This document shows positions 49,205 through 61,250 of a stretch of DNA of 64,000 nt, piece after piece. Where the stretch lies: contig NC_057753.1 in assembly GCF_004010195.1 (NCBI RefSeq), forward strand, positions 1,066,330 through 1,130,329. The letters are read 5' to 3'. A model generated the notes under the pieces. It had not been told where the DNA came from. It searched no databases and saw only the letters and a list, made by a program, of their open reading frames with translations. Origin of the DNA: Chiloscyllium plagiosum (Eukaryota). The position numbers and the translations under genes were made by a program. Each line of letters starts with the position of its first letter. Positions within the stretch are counted from its first letter, which is position 1.

Positions 49205-50370
49205 TTTTGTGTGGGCGACCTTCAGGAGAGGGAAACGGAATAGGCAGACAATACATGGATCCCCTGTGGCCATTCCCCTCAATAACAAGTATACCGATTT
49301 GTATTCTGTTTTGGGGGGTGAAGGAGAGTTGACCTACCAAGGGGAAAGCAGTGATAGTCATAGGAGATTCAATGGTTAGAGGAACAGACAGGAGATTCCG
49401 TGGTTGCGATGGAGACTCCCAGATGGTATGTTGCTTTCCGGGTACCAGGGTAGGTGATCTCTCAGATTGAGTATACAGGATTCATAAGCGGGAGGGGATG
49501 AGTAGCCACAAGTCATGGTACACATTGGTACCAATAATATAGCTAGGAAAAGCGAAGAGGGCCTGAAAAGTGAATATAGGGAGTTAGGTTGGAAGGTAAA
49601 AGAAAGACGAGCAGAGTAGTAATCTCAAGATTGCTATCGGTGTCACAGGCTACCGAGGCTAGGAACAGAGACCGAGTGCAGCTGAGCACGTGGCTGCAGG
49701 CTCGTGTAGCAGGGAGGTGTTCAGATATGTAGATCATTGGGAGGACGTACAAGGAGGACGTGTTGCACTTGCATTGGAGTGCAGTATCGTGGGCGAGAGG
49801 TTTGCTTGGGCTCTTCGCGAGGGTTTAACCTAGTTTGGCAGGGGAATTGGAACAAGGGCTGTGAATCAAAGGATAGTTAGCTGGTGAACAGATACAGTGT
49901 GCAGAAGGATATGCAGTTGAAAGGACAAAGCTCCAGTCAGTGTGATGGGTTGAAGTGTGTCTATTTTAACACATTCAATGTCACGTGTAAAGGTGACGAA
50001 CTTAGAGAATGGATCAGTATTTAGAGCTATGATGTTGTGGCCATTACGGAGACTTGGATATCTCAGACACAGGAATGGTTGTCAGGTGTTCTGGGGTTGA
50101 AATGTTTCAAAAGGAATAGGGAGGGAGGTAAAAGAAGTAGGGGAATGTCATTGCTATTCAGAGATAATGTAACAGCCACAGAAAGCGAGGTCGTCGAGGA
50201 GTGTTTGTCTACTGAGTCGGTGTGCGTGTAAGTCAGAAACAGGAAAGGAGCAGTCAGTTTATTGTGAGTTTTCCATAGACCTCCTAATAGCAACAGAGAC
50301 ACAGAGGAGCAGATTGGGAGTCAGGTTTTGGAAAGGTGCAGAAGTAACAGGGTTGTCATGGGTGAGTTCA
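49205..50370 (+). mobile_element. Degenerate CR1 fragment (ORF1 esterase to ORF2 endonuclease)
   Basis: SPVAIPLNNKY, VIVIGDSMVRG and AITETWI; homologous to 37050-38260. Confidence 0.88.
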
Positions 50371-50778
50371 ACAAATGGAGCCCTCCAGTTCAGTTTTCAG
50401 CAGCAGGAAGAATGGGAGCGTGGACCAGGGGCCTGGCGGGAAAGATGAGTCATTAATTAATGGGAACCAAAGGTGTAGATCCAGTACACAAGTGGATGAT
50501 ATTAGGGAGGACATAGACAGGATTTCATGGCCACAGGAGTGTGTTTGCAGACAGCAAGCTGGTTTGAAGTGTGTCTGTTTCAATGGCAGTAGTGTCCGGA
50601 ATAAGGCAGGTGAACTTGCAGCATAGATAGGTACCTGGGACTTCGATATTGTGGCCATTTCGGAGACATGGATAAAGCATGAATAGATTTTTCAGGTTCC
50701 AGGGTTTAGATCTTTCATTAAGACCAGGGACGGCGGTAAAAGAGGGGGAGGTGTAGCTTTGTTAGTCAAGGACAGTAT

Positions 50779-50965
50779 GTTGTGGTTGTGTTCGCCGAGC
50801 TGGGAATTTGTGTTGCAGACGTTTCGTCCCCTGCCTAGGTGACATCCTCAGTGCTTGGGAGCCTCCTGTGACAGGGGACGAAACTTCTGCAACACAAATT
50901 CCCAGCTTGGCGAACAGAACCACAACAACGAGCACCCGAGCTACAAATCTTTTCACAAACTTTGA
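50779..50965. mobile_element. 187-bp Penelope-derived inverted-repeat element with 13-bp target-site duplication
   Basis: TSD tcaaggacagtat at 50766-50778 and 50966-50978; inverted arms of ~55 bp; same family as 15582-15830. Confidence 0.9.
50815..50854 (-). ncRNA. Minimal hammerhead ribozyme motif with GUC cleavage triplet
   Basis: The minus strand reads GCA-CTGAGGA-tGTCaCCTaggcAGGgGAC-GAAAC-GTC-TGC. Confidence 0.78.
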
Positions 50966-52064
50966 TCAAGGACAGTATAACGGTGGATGAAAGAAATTTT
51001 GACGAGGACTCGTCTACTGAGGTGGTATGGGCTGAGGTTAGAAACAGGAGGAGAGTTCACACTGCTGGGAGTTTTTTATAGGCCTTCGCAAATGGTGGAG
51101 GAGAGGATTGGCAAAACGATTCTGGGCAGGAGGGAAAGGAATAGGGTGCTCATTATGGGGAACTTTAACTTCCCCAACATTGACGGGAAATGCTATAACT
51201 CTAGTACGTCGGATGGATCAGCTTTTGTCCAATGTGTGCAGGAGAGTTTCCTGACACAGTTCGTCGAGGGCAGACCAGAGGGGAGGCCAAACTGAATCTG
51301 GCACTTGGTAATGAAGCAGGCCAGATGTTTGATTAAAAGGTAGTGAGCACTTTGGAGAGAGTGATCATAATTCAGTTATGTTTAGTTTAGCGATGGAAAG
51401 GGATAGGTACATGCCACAGGGCTAGAGTTGCAGATGGAGGAAGGGCAATTATAATGCGATTAGGCAAGATTTAGGAGGCATAGAATGGGCTACCAAAATG
51501 GGGATAATCGAAGTGGAGCTGATTTAAGGAACAGACATTGCGTGTCCTTGATAGGTATGTCCTGGTCAGGCAGGGAGGAAGAGATAAGGTAAGGTAACCT
51601 TTGTTTACTAAAGAAATTGTCCCTCTTGTTAAGCAGAAGAGGAAGACTGATGTGAAGTTGAGACGAGATGGTTCAGATGAGGCGATGGAGAGTTACAGAT
51701 GAGCTAAGAAGGATTTAAAGAGTGAGTTAGGAATGGGGCATGAAAAAGCCTTGACAGTAGCATCAAGGAAACTCCCACAGCTTCTATGCTTACGTGAGGA
51801 ATAAGGGGAGTGAGAGTCAGGCCGATCAGGAATAGTGGAGGGAACATGTGCCTGGAGTCGGCGTAGGTAGGAGAGGTCCTTAATGATTACTTTGCTTCAG
51901 TATTCACTCGTGAAAAGGACCTTGTCATTTGTGAGGACAGCGTGAAACAGACTGCGCAGCTCAAACAGATTGATGTTGAGAAGAAGGATGCACTGAAAAT
52001 TAAAAAAAAACCCATGAAGATAGATAAGTCCCCTGGGCCAGAGGGAATATATACACGAGGTTTT

Positions 52065-52520
52065 TCGTAGGCTAATTAAAAAAATGTCATTGGACATGGA
52101 CAAACGGTCACGCGCGATGCAAAAACAAAGACTATTGGGGAATTTCCCATACAATTGACAAAAAGAGTACTACAATGATTCCTGGGATTGAACAGATTTT
52201 ATGGAAATTCGTACCAAAGTTTCGTAGTGTGGCTGCTCCACTCACTAAATAACTGAAGAAATACGGAAATTTCCAGTTGACAGCAGGATGTCAGAAGGTA
52301 TTTGATAGTCTGAAAGCTGTGTTAACCATTATCCACTATTTGCTACACCTAATTATGCAAAGCCAATCAATTTGGCTATCGATGCAAATGATTTGGATTT
52401 CGGTGCTTTACTCTTACAGGAAGACGGCGGCAGGATTGAAACACCCGTGCGGTATTTCTCCATGAAATTCAACATACATCAACCGAAATAGTCGGCAATT
52501 GAGAAGGACACTATTATGGA
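52065..52520 (+). mobile_element. Gypsy RT-end/RNase H fragment
   Basis: CQKVFDSLKAVLT and ATPNYAKPINLAIDANDLDFGALLLQEDGGRIETPVRYFS..SAIEKD, read across frames. Confidence 0.85.
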
Positions 52521-53251
52521 TCTTCTCAGTATCAAAATTCATAATTCCAGGTTGAGGTTAGGAGGTTTGAACTCAAAGGCTGCGAGTGGCAATTATTAGT
52601 GTCTTTTGTTTCGGGTGTTGAAATTGGTTAGTTTAAAAAGGGTGTGCCTCATCTAGGAATGGCTCTTTCAGTCACCATGATCTTTCAATCGGTGGAAGAA
52701 TTCAACTTTGAGTTTCACAAAACGTCAGCAAAGCAAAGATTTCCGAATTATCCAACAAACAAGAGATGTGTTTGCCTTTGTGTGCGAGGAAGTAGGACAA
52801 AAAGCTAGCAATTGCCAGAAATTCCATCGTAACGTTTGGAAACGGCTAAAATTCAATTGCAAAGGAATCAGCTTGATGAGAGGCAAAAGACAGAGGAAAG
52901 GAAATGAAGCTGCTGAATTACGAGGGAAAGCAAAGTGACCAGAAAATCAGAAGATCCAAGGAGAAGAAAGAGTGAAAGAGAGAGAAGAAAAGCAGAAAGA
53001 GAGAGAGTTAGAAGTTCAGAATTTGGTGTTTAGTGGGCAGAATGGACTAAAAAGGACGGAGGTGAAGGTAAAAGGTAGGCTTAACAAGAAGGATAGAAAA
53101 GATGAACAAATCCATCATAGTCAAACACAGAGTGGGGAATGTTTAAATATAGAACGTAGAAATGTACAGCACAGTAGAGGCCCTTCAGTCGCCGATGTTG
53201 TGTCGAGAATTAATCTTAATCTATATAAAATAAGCTAACCTATGCTCCCCT

Positions 53252-53555
53252 CAATTCACTACTGTCCATGTGCATGTATAGCAGTCGCTTAAATGTCCCT
53301 AATGACTCTTCTTCCACCACTCCCATTGGCAACGCATTCCATGCGCTCACAACTCTCTGCATAAATAACCTACCTCTGACGTCTCCTTTATACCTTCTTC
53401 CTACAATTCACTACTGTCCATGTGCATGTATAGCAGTCGCTTAAATGTCCCTAATGACTCTTCTTCCACCACTCCCATTGGCAACGCATTCCATGCGCTC
53501 ACAACTCTCTGCATAAAGAACCTACCTCCGACGTCTCCTTTATACCTTCTTCCTA
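53252..53555. repeat. Tandem duplication, 2 x 152 bp, inside the CR1 3' region
   Basis: caattcactactgtccatg... starts at 53252 and 53404; two substitutions seen. Confidence 0.95.
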
Positions 53556-55297
53556 GCACCTTAAAACTATGATCCCTCGTGGCAGTCAATCCTGCCCTGG
53601 GGAAAAGTCTCTGGTTATCAACTCTATCCATGCCTCTCATTACCTTGTTCACTTCGATCTTCCTCCTTCTCTTCAGAGTGAAAAGTCTGAGCTCAGTTCA
53701 TCCTTACTCGTAAGACAAACCCTCCAGTCCGGACAGCAGCCTGGCAAACCTCTTTGCACCCTCTCCGAAGCCTCCACATATTTCCTATAATAGGGCGACC
53801 AGAACTGGACAAGATATTCCAAATGTGGTGTCACCAGAGTTTTTTAAAGTTGCAACAAAATCTCGCAGCTCTTAAACTCCATACCCCTGTTAATGAAAGT
53901 GAAACATCACAGGCTTTCTTAACAACCTTGTCCATTTGAGTGGCAAGTTTGAAAGATGTTCGCACTTGAACACCAAGATCCCGCTGTTCCTCCACACTGC
54001 CAAGAATCCTGTCTTTAATCCTGCTTTCAGCATTTAAGTTTGACCTTCCAAAATGCATCAATTCGCATTTATCCAGGTTGAACTCCATTTGCTATTTCTC
54101 AGCCCATCTCTGCATACTGTCAATGTCATACTGCAGCCTGCAATAGCCCTCGATACTATCAACAGCACCTCCAACCTTGTGTCATCGGCAAACCTATTAA
54201 CCCACCCCTCAATCTCCTCATCCAAGTATTTATGAAAACCACAAAGACAGAGGCCCAAGATTAGAGTCCTACGGGACACCACTCACCACTGACCTCCAAA
54301 CAGAATACTTACCATCTACATCCACTTTCTGAATCCAGACAGCCAAATCTCCCTTTGTCCCAGATCTCCTGACTTACTGAATGAGCCTGCCGTGGGGGAA
54401 CCTTATCAAATGCCTTGCTGAAGTCCATGTGCAGCAAATCCACTACCTGACCTTCATCAACCTGGCTCATCACCTCCTCAAAGAACTCAATAAGGTTTGT
54501 CAGGCATGCCCTGCTTCTCACAAAGCCATGCTGACTGCCCTTAATCATTCTATGCGTTTTCAAATAGTAATTAATCCTAGATCTCAGAATTCTTTCCAAA
54601 ACCTTGCTGACCACAGATGTATTACTGATTGATCTGTAATTGCCAGGGATTTCCCTATTCACCTTTCTTGAAAAGAGGAACATTATTCACCTCCCTCCAA
54701 TCCTCTGCTACCACTCCTGTGGAGAGTGAGGAAGCAAAGATCTTCGCTAGCAGCTTAGCAACCTCCTTTCTCACTTCCCGGTACAACCTAGGATAAATCT
54801 GGTCTGGCCCTGGCGCCTTACCAATCCGAATGTTTGCCAAAATGTCCAGCAAGTCAACTTCCTCAACCTCGATCTCTTCAGGTCTGTTTCTCTGCTCCTC
54901 AAAGTTCTCTTTCACAACAAGGTCCCTATCCCCCATGAAAACCGATAAGATTAAGGAGCCTTGGATGTTCTCGTCATCCAAGGCTCCTTAATCTTATCCC
55001 TTCTTGCCTGACTTCTAAGAACAAATTAATGCATCTCTCGCAACAACTACTCCTTAAACAGTCTCCACATGCCTGTTGTGCCCTTTCTGCGGAACAATTG
55101 CTTACAATCTGTACTTCCCAACTCCTGTCTAATAGCGTCATAATTTCCTTTTCCCCAATTAAATGTATTCCAATGGTAACTGCTCCTTTCCCTCTCCATG
55201 GTAAATGTGAGGCAGCTGTGGTCCCTGTCACTAAAATGTTCTCCCACCGCGAGATCTGACACCTATCTGGCTCATTGCTGAGCACCAAATCCAAAAT

Positions 55298-55432
55298 GAG
55301 CTTTGACAAAGTGTCAGTTGGACTCGAAACGTCAGCTATTTTCTCTTCTTACAGAAGCAGCCAGACCTGCTGAGATTTTCCAGAATTTTCTCTTTTGGTT
55401 TCAGATTCCAGAATCCGCAGTAATTTGCTTTT
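55298..55432 (+). mobile_element. Short Penelope-like 3'-end insertion within CR1, 9-bp TSD atccaaaat
   Basis: TSD at 55289-55297 and 55433-55441. Decayed hammerhead (..gactc-GAAAC-GTC-agct) followed by cagacctgctgag..ttccag. Confidence 0.75.
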
Positions 55433-58400
55433 ATCCAAAATAATCTCCTCTCATCGGTCTGTCTACATACTGATGAAGGAAACTCTCCAGAACACACCTG
55501 GCAAAAACGGCTCCATCCAACCACATGCACTAAAGAGCCTCTAATCAATATTGGGAAAATTTAAGTCACTCATAAAAACAACCCTGCTACATCTGCCCTT
55601 TTCCAAAATCAGCCCCATTATGAGTTCTTCGATTTTCCAATTGCTATCAGGGGTGTCTGTAGAAAATACCCAATGAGGTTACTGCTCCCTTGCTGTTCCT
55701 AACTTCCACCCATACTTACTCAGTAGACTAACCTTCCTGGACAACCATCATTTCTGTATCTATGAAGCACTCTTTGATTAGTAATGCAAGACCCCATCCT
55801 GTTTCCTCCCCGTTCTTTTTAAATGTGGTAAACCCTGGAACATCTAACAACCAGTATTGCCCCGTTATGGCCGCAGCATCATAGTGCCAAGTACTGATCC
55901 ATGCTCTAAGTTCAACACTCCATGCGTTAAAGCTTACACACGTTCACCGATCCCTTTTTTCCATCACATGAAAAACCGTCTTCAATAGATTCACTAAATC
56001 CTGTCAATGCCTCATCTACAACTACCTCCCCCTCAGATGTGTAGTTCTTGTTCCCACCCCCTGCCAAACTAGTTTGAACCCTCCTGAACCACTCGACCAA
56101 ATTTCCCACGCAGGAAGCTTTTGCGTCTCCAGTTCAGGTGCAACCCGTCCTTCGTGTACAGGGCCCATCTTCCCCAGAAGGCATCCAAATGGTCTAAGCA
56201 TCTGAAGTCCTCTCTCATGCAGCAGCCGTGCAACCACGTATTCAGCTGCAGTCGCTGACTGTTTCTGACCTCACTATCCCGTGGCACCGGTAGCAAACCT
56301 GAGAATACTTCTCTATTCGTCCTGCTCTTCAGCTTTCAATCTAGCTGTCTGTAGTCACTGTACAGATCCTCAATCCCTTTCCTGGCTATGCCACTGGTTC
56401 AATCTCTTTACTGGATATGTAATGGGTGTGTATAATATAAATATGTATAACCATTGCTTAGATTCGTCAATAAGCATGTCGAAGCCTTGTTTTTAAATTT
56501 TGTTTTGAGGAAGTGGCCAAACAAAGGAAGTAACCATGGGGGTATAGTTGATCCAAAGAAAGTTGGTAGTTAGAAATCGTGAGGTACTTGCATCACGAAC
56601 AGCAGAGGTAACTGGGGAGTATAATGAGGTGACAAATGCCATCGAAGTGCACTTGAGCTAGTGCCAGGAGCCAAGAGACAACTTTACAGAGTATAAGGAG
56701 GGACTCTGGTCAAACGTACATTGAATCTGAAAGTATAAGAAAAATAATTTTTATAGACATGGAAGGCATTGAAAATACTTGAAGAATATGACATTTTTAG
56801 AAAGTGGACTATTTTGGAGCTTCATAAATTCACTTCCTGAAGTAATGAAAACTTTTGTGAAGAGCAGAGAGTTACGATTGCAAGATTAGCCGCCTAAATG
56901 GCCACTGGTTACGAAATGGTTCATGATTCATAATGTGGCTTCAGGAATCAATTTCAATTTGTGAATATTAGAAATAGCTGAAAGTGGAAATTCTCAGGTC
57001 GTAAGGGAAAAGGAGATCTCATTGAAGATAGTAAGGATAATTTATCACGGGGCAAAAAGGAAATCCATGAGGAAGAAAGAGAAGTAAAAAAATCTCTGGT
57101 ATTTTCACTGCAAAAAAGTGGACCTCACGAAATCTTAGCGTTGATGGCTTAAAATAACAACACTGAGAAGATGGGTGTGAGGAAGCAGGATAAACCAGCG
57201 AATTTTGTTGAAGTGATAAAGTTAAGGATAGTGGAAGCTAAAAAGCTGTGCAAGAATGTACAACCTGATCAGCGGTTGATGGAGACAGAAGTGCCAGATC
57301 TTCTTAAAACATTCATTTTCGGGGGTAAGGTTGACTCGGATCTGCCAGGTGGAGGAGGTAAAGAAATTGCAATTTTATGAGATAGTGGAGCATGTCAATC
57401 GTTGATGGCGAGAGATGTAGAGATATGTCATTTAGAAGAAGTAGTGCCAGAAAATGTTGTTATGTGTGGAATTCATAGTGAGACAAGAAGAACTCCACCA
57501 TAAAATGTGAGGTTGAGAAGTGGTAGTAGGAGTATTAGAGGAAATCTCAATTCCAGGAATACAGTTAGTCCTTGATAACAATGTAGCTGGATCACAGGTG
57601 GGCATGCTGCTTTCCTTAGTTGAAAAAGCCAGTGGAAAATCAGGTAACGTAGATATGACAGAAATTATAACCTCAGATGTTTCCTGAATGTGTGATAACA
57701 AGGTGACAAAGCCTCAGGCTAAAGCCGGAGGAGAAGTCAAAGAATGAAGAAAAGTTGAAGTGCAATTATCACAGACCTTATTTGATCAAATGATTAAAGA
57801 GGAGTAAGAACATATGGATGGCAAAGTTGATATTTTTAGTTCAGAGAAACAAGCTGACTTACAAAGGAAAGATGAAAAGAACTGAAGGAGTTGTATAAGA
57901 AGCGTACACTGAAGATCAATCTGAGTGTATCCCAAAATGTTGCCATCTTAAAAACGACGTATTAATGAGGAAATCGTGGCCATCATATATTAAGGCGGAC
58001 GAGAAATCGGTAGAAGTTAAACAAGTAATTTTACCATGGGTTGTGGAAAACAGGTGTTACGGATATCACATGAACTAACAGCAGGAGGTCATTTTGGAGT
58101 AAGGAAAACACAAGCCAATATGCAAAAGCATTTTTATTGATATGGAATGCATCAACATATATTTGAATTTTGCCACACACGTCCTACGTGTCAGGTATTG
58201 GAAAACATCAAGTAGTGATAAAACTAGACCCTTTAGTACTCATTCCCGTATTGAGGAACCTTTCACAACGGTCTTAATTGATTGTATAGTGCAACTAACT
58301 AAAGCAATAAGTGGGAACCAATATTCGTTGAAATCATGGATGTATTCACTTAATTTCCCGAGGCCATTCCCTTATGCACAATCACAACTACAAAGATTTT

Positions 58401-58536
58401 GGAAAAGTTAATCAAATTTTTCTCGAGATGCGAATGACCCACACGGATGCAATTATATCAAAGGTCAATTTTTCCATCAAATGTATTCAAGAAATTTATG
58501 GACAGTTGAGGAATAAAATGATTCAAATCCCAAAAG

Positions 58537-58880
58537 GGGATGCACAGCGGCTCAGTGATTAGCACTGCTGTCTTATAACGTCATCGACTTAGTTTCAATT
58601 CCATCCTCAGACGAATGTCTGTATGGAGTTTACACCTTCTTTCTGTGTTTGGGTGAGTTTTCTCCGGATGTTCCAGTTTCCTCCCACAGTCCTAAAGAAT
58701 GTGCAGGTTCGGTGTATTGGCCATGCTAAATTGCCCATCGTGTCCAATAATGTGTACTTTCGCTGGAGAATGCAGGATTATAGGGTGGGGATGTGAGATT
58801 GGGTGGGATGCTTTTCGGCGATTCACTGTGGACATGTTGGGTCGAATGGCCTGTTTCCACAGTATGGATTCTATGATTCT
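58537..58880 (+). mobile_element. HE1-type SINE inserted into the Gypsy integrase
   Basis: cggctcagtgattagcactgctg...ggcctgtttccacagtatggattctatgattc. Confidence 0.88.
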
Positions 58881-59334
58881 TCACTGCGTACCATCCAGAA
58901 TCGCAAGGACCTTCAGAATGGGGGCACCAAACATTAGATATCATGTTAAGGAACTATAGACAAGACAATGCTGAGGATTGGCATAAAAGAATTCTATTCA
59001 TACTTTCCGCAATTAGGGACACATCAATGAATCTACCAATTGTGATCCATTTGAATTAGTTTTTGGACATGAGGTGAGAGGACAACTGAAATTGATTAAG
59101 GAGAAATTGTGAAGTCAGACTTCATAGAGCCCATATTTGGACTATATGTCAAATTTTATGGACTGATTAAATAGAATGGATGAAATAGCTGGACAGCATT
59201 TAAAAGTAGCACACCATGTGATGAAACAGGAACCCGACAAGTAATTAAAGGTTTACAAATTTGCTAGTGGAGAATTGTTTGATGCAAACGTCAGATGGAA
59301 AGCGATCTCACAAAGGATACTGTGTAAATATGCT

Positions 59335-59495
59335 AGGAGAAAGTGAGGACTGCAGATGCTGGAGATCAGAGTCGAGAATATGGTGTTGGAAAAGCAAAGT
59401 AAGTCAGGCAGCATCTGAAGAGCAGAAGAATCGATTCTCCCTTGTCTCGGATGCTGTTGGACCTGCTGTGCTTTTCCAGCACTACACTCTTGACT
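59335..59495. mobile_element. Palindromic Penelope-derived short element with an imperfect 15-bp TSD
   Basis: Imperfect inverted repeat centred on gaatcgattc (~59432), flanked by ctgtgtaaatatgct and ctgtgtggatatgct. Confidence 0.75.
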
Positions 59496-60119
59496 CTGTG
59501 TGGATATGCTGAAAAGTAATGATAGGGAAGGAAAGCAAAAATAAAATGTATTATTGGTTACAACACAGAGTTAAAAAAAAAGTTCAGAGCATTCCGAATT
59601 GGACATTCCTCACATAAAGTTGGACAATGACGAAGTTCTCAAGCATAGGAATAAATTATTGAGTTACCTCCAGAAGAAAACAGAAATAACCTGGAAGAGT
59701 TATTACAATCACACAGGGAGATATGTGGGAGCAAGGTGGGTAGCAATAATATAATTCCACATGACATAGTCATAGGAAATGTTTTTTCATTAAGGAATGT
59801 TCTTATAGAAACCCTCTAATGTTTGCAAAGGTCTGAACAGAGATTGAATGCATATTCAAAGACAACATGATAGAACTGGGTTTCAGTGACTGGAGCCCAC
59901 TATTGTACTTGTATCAAAACCCGTTGGCATCCAAATTTTTTGATCACTATCACAAAGTCTGCTTCATACCCTATTCCACGTTTAGAAGACTTGAGGATTA
60001 TAACAAGCAACTTATATTTTGAATTTGAACTAACTCAGAGGATACAGGCAAGCACTTTTATCCGAAAGAACAAAAACAATTTCTACTTTCGTGATATTGA
60101 ATGTCCAATCCGAATTTTA

Positions 60120-60690
60120 AGTAGACAAGTAGGAGGCTTAAAGAACACAGCAAGCCAGGCAGCATCAGAAGGTGGAGAAGTCAACGTTTGGTGTAACCCT
60201 TCTTCACCAGTGTTGGTGGGTAGCTGCAGATAAAGGGGATGGCAGGGGCAGGGTAGTGAAGTGGGGATAGGTGAAGACAGGTCCAGTGTACGACCCTGGT
60301 TGGTCAATGGGAAGAATGACTCCAGTTGGTGGCAGGGAGGAGTAAAAGGGAGAGAGAGGGACTGGAAAGGAAGTCGGGGAATAGGAAGAGAGGTTATTTG
60401 AAATTGGAGAACTCAATGTAGGGTCCCTCTGGCTGTAGGCTGTCCAAGCGTTAGATGAGGTGCTTTTCCACTAATTTGTGCTGTGGTCCATGGTGGCAAT
60501 GGAGAAGGCAAAGAACGATCATGTCGGAAAGGCAGTGAAAGGGGAATTGAAATGGCCGGTGACTGGGAGGTCTTGTCGGCCCCGTGGTTCTAACTGTGGT
60601 GATTGGCGAACTGTTTCCTAAGTTTACGTTTGATCTCTGCAATGTAGGGAAGATCACGTTGGGAGCAATTGATTTTAATTCAACCACCTT
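60120..60690 (-). mobile_element. Penelope-like 3' fragment inserted in the Gypsy RT
   Basis: Reverse-complement homolog of 15990-16577; decayed hammerhead at 60180-60210. Confidence 0.85.
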
Positions 60691-61250
60691 TTAAAGACTA
60701 GCCAATAACTTCATTTCTGGATTACTGAATTAAGTGGTATACACTGATTACCTGGCGAGCTTTAGTCAGACATGGAACGAACAGTTGTAGCATCTGTCAG
60801 AGTTATTTGATTGACTTCGGGAGGCAGGTTTGGTGATCAACCTGGCTCAGAATCAGTTTCGCAAAAGCCTCACATCCCTGGGCCATATTGATTGTCATGC
60901 ACACATGGCTGCACGGGATATGAAAATGAAGGCTATTGTGGAGTTTCCTCTGCCATCAACGAAGAGAAAATTACAATGTGTTTATGGAATATTGCTATAC
61001 TGGAACTATTAATTAATAAAAGTTACTGCATCTGGTATTCTGCTGCTTTTTCACTGGAGTTAAGTTATTCTAAATTCCTCTTTCGTTGATTGCGTTGTAA
61101 CTAAATTGCGTTTTGGTTAACGTCAAGTAGTTTGACCAGTCACACTACATCTGGAACAAACGCTTCGCATTTACCTTTAGAAGTAAGAAAATGTGAGAAT
61201 GTAGACTATCTTCTCAAAATATTTTGAGGGGGTCTATTCTGGCCCATAAC

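Larger units (their letters stand above)
50400..52060 (+). mobile_element. Second degenerate CR1 ORF2 fragment joined to the previous one (endonuclease region repeated)
   Basis: GLKCVCFNGSSVRNKAGELAA, LLGVFYRPS, IMGNFNFPNID and KIDKSPGP. Confidence 0.88.
53151..56437 (-). mobile_element. Long CR1 LINE (ORF1 esterase to 3' end) inserted into the Gypsy gag, 7-bp TSD taaatat
   Basis: KDGLHLN, PGNYRSISNTSVV, QHGFVRSRACLTNLIEFF and MDFSKAFDKVP. taaatat at 53144-53150 and 56438-56444; gag resumes after the insertion. Confidence 0.93.
52520..61250 (+). mobile_element. Degenerate Gmr1-like Ty3/Gypsy LTR retrotransposon (SCAN-like gag, protease, integrase, RT, partial 3' LTR ending ...ATAACA) with nested insertions
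   Basis: gag ATG at 52659; LELVPGAKRQLYR (~56652); FHCKKV knuckle (~57100); IL*DSGACQS protease (~57372); HELTAGGHFGVRKT and EEPFTTVLIDC integrase (58070-58290); AYHPESQG (~58885); YPIPRLED and AGLVINLA..LGHI RT (59965-60890). Confidence 0.85.
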
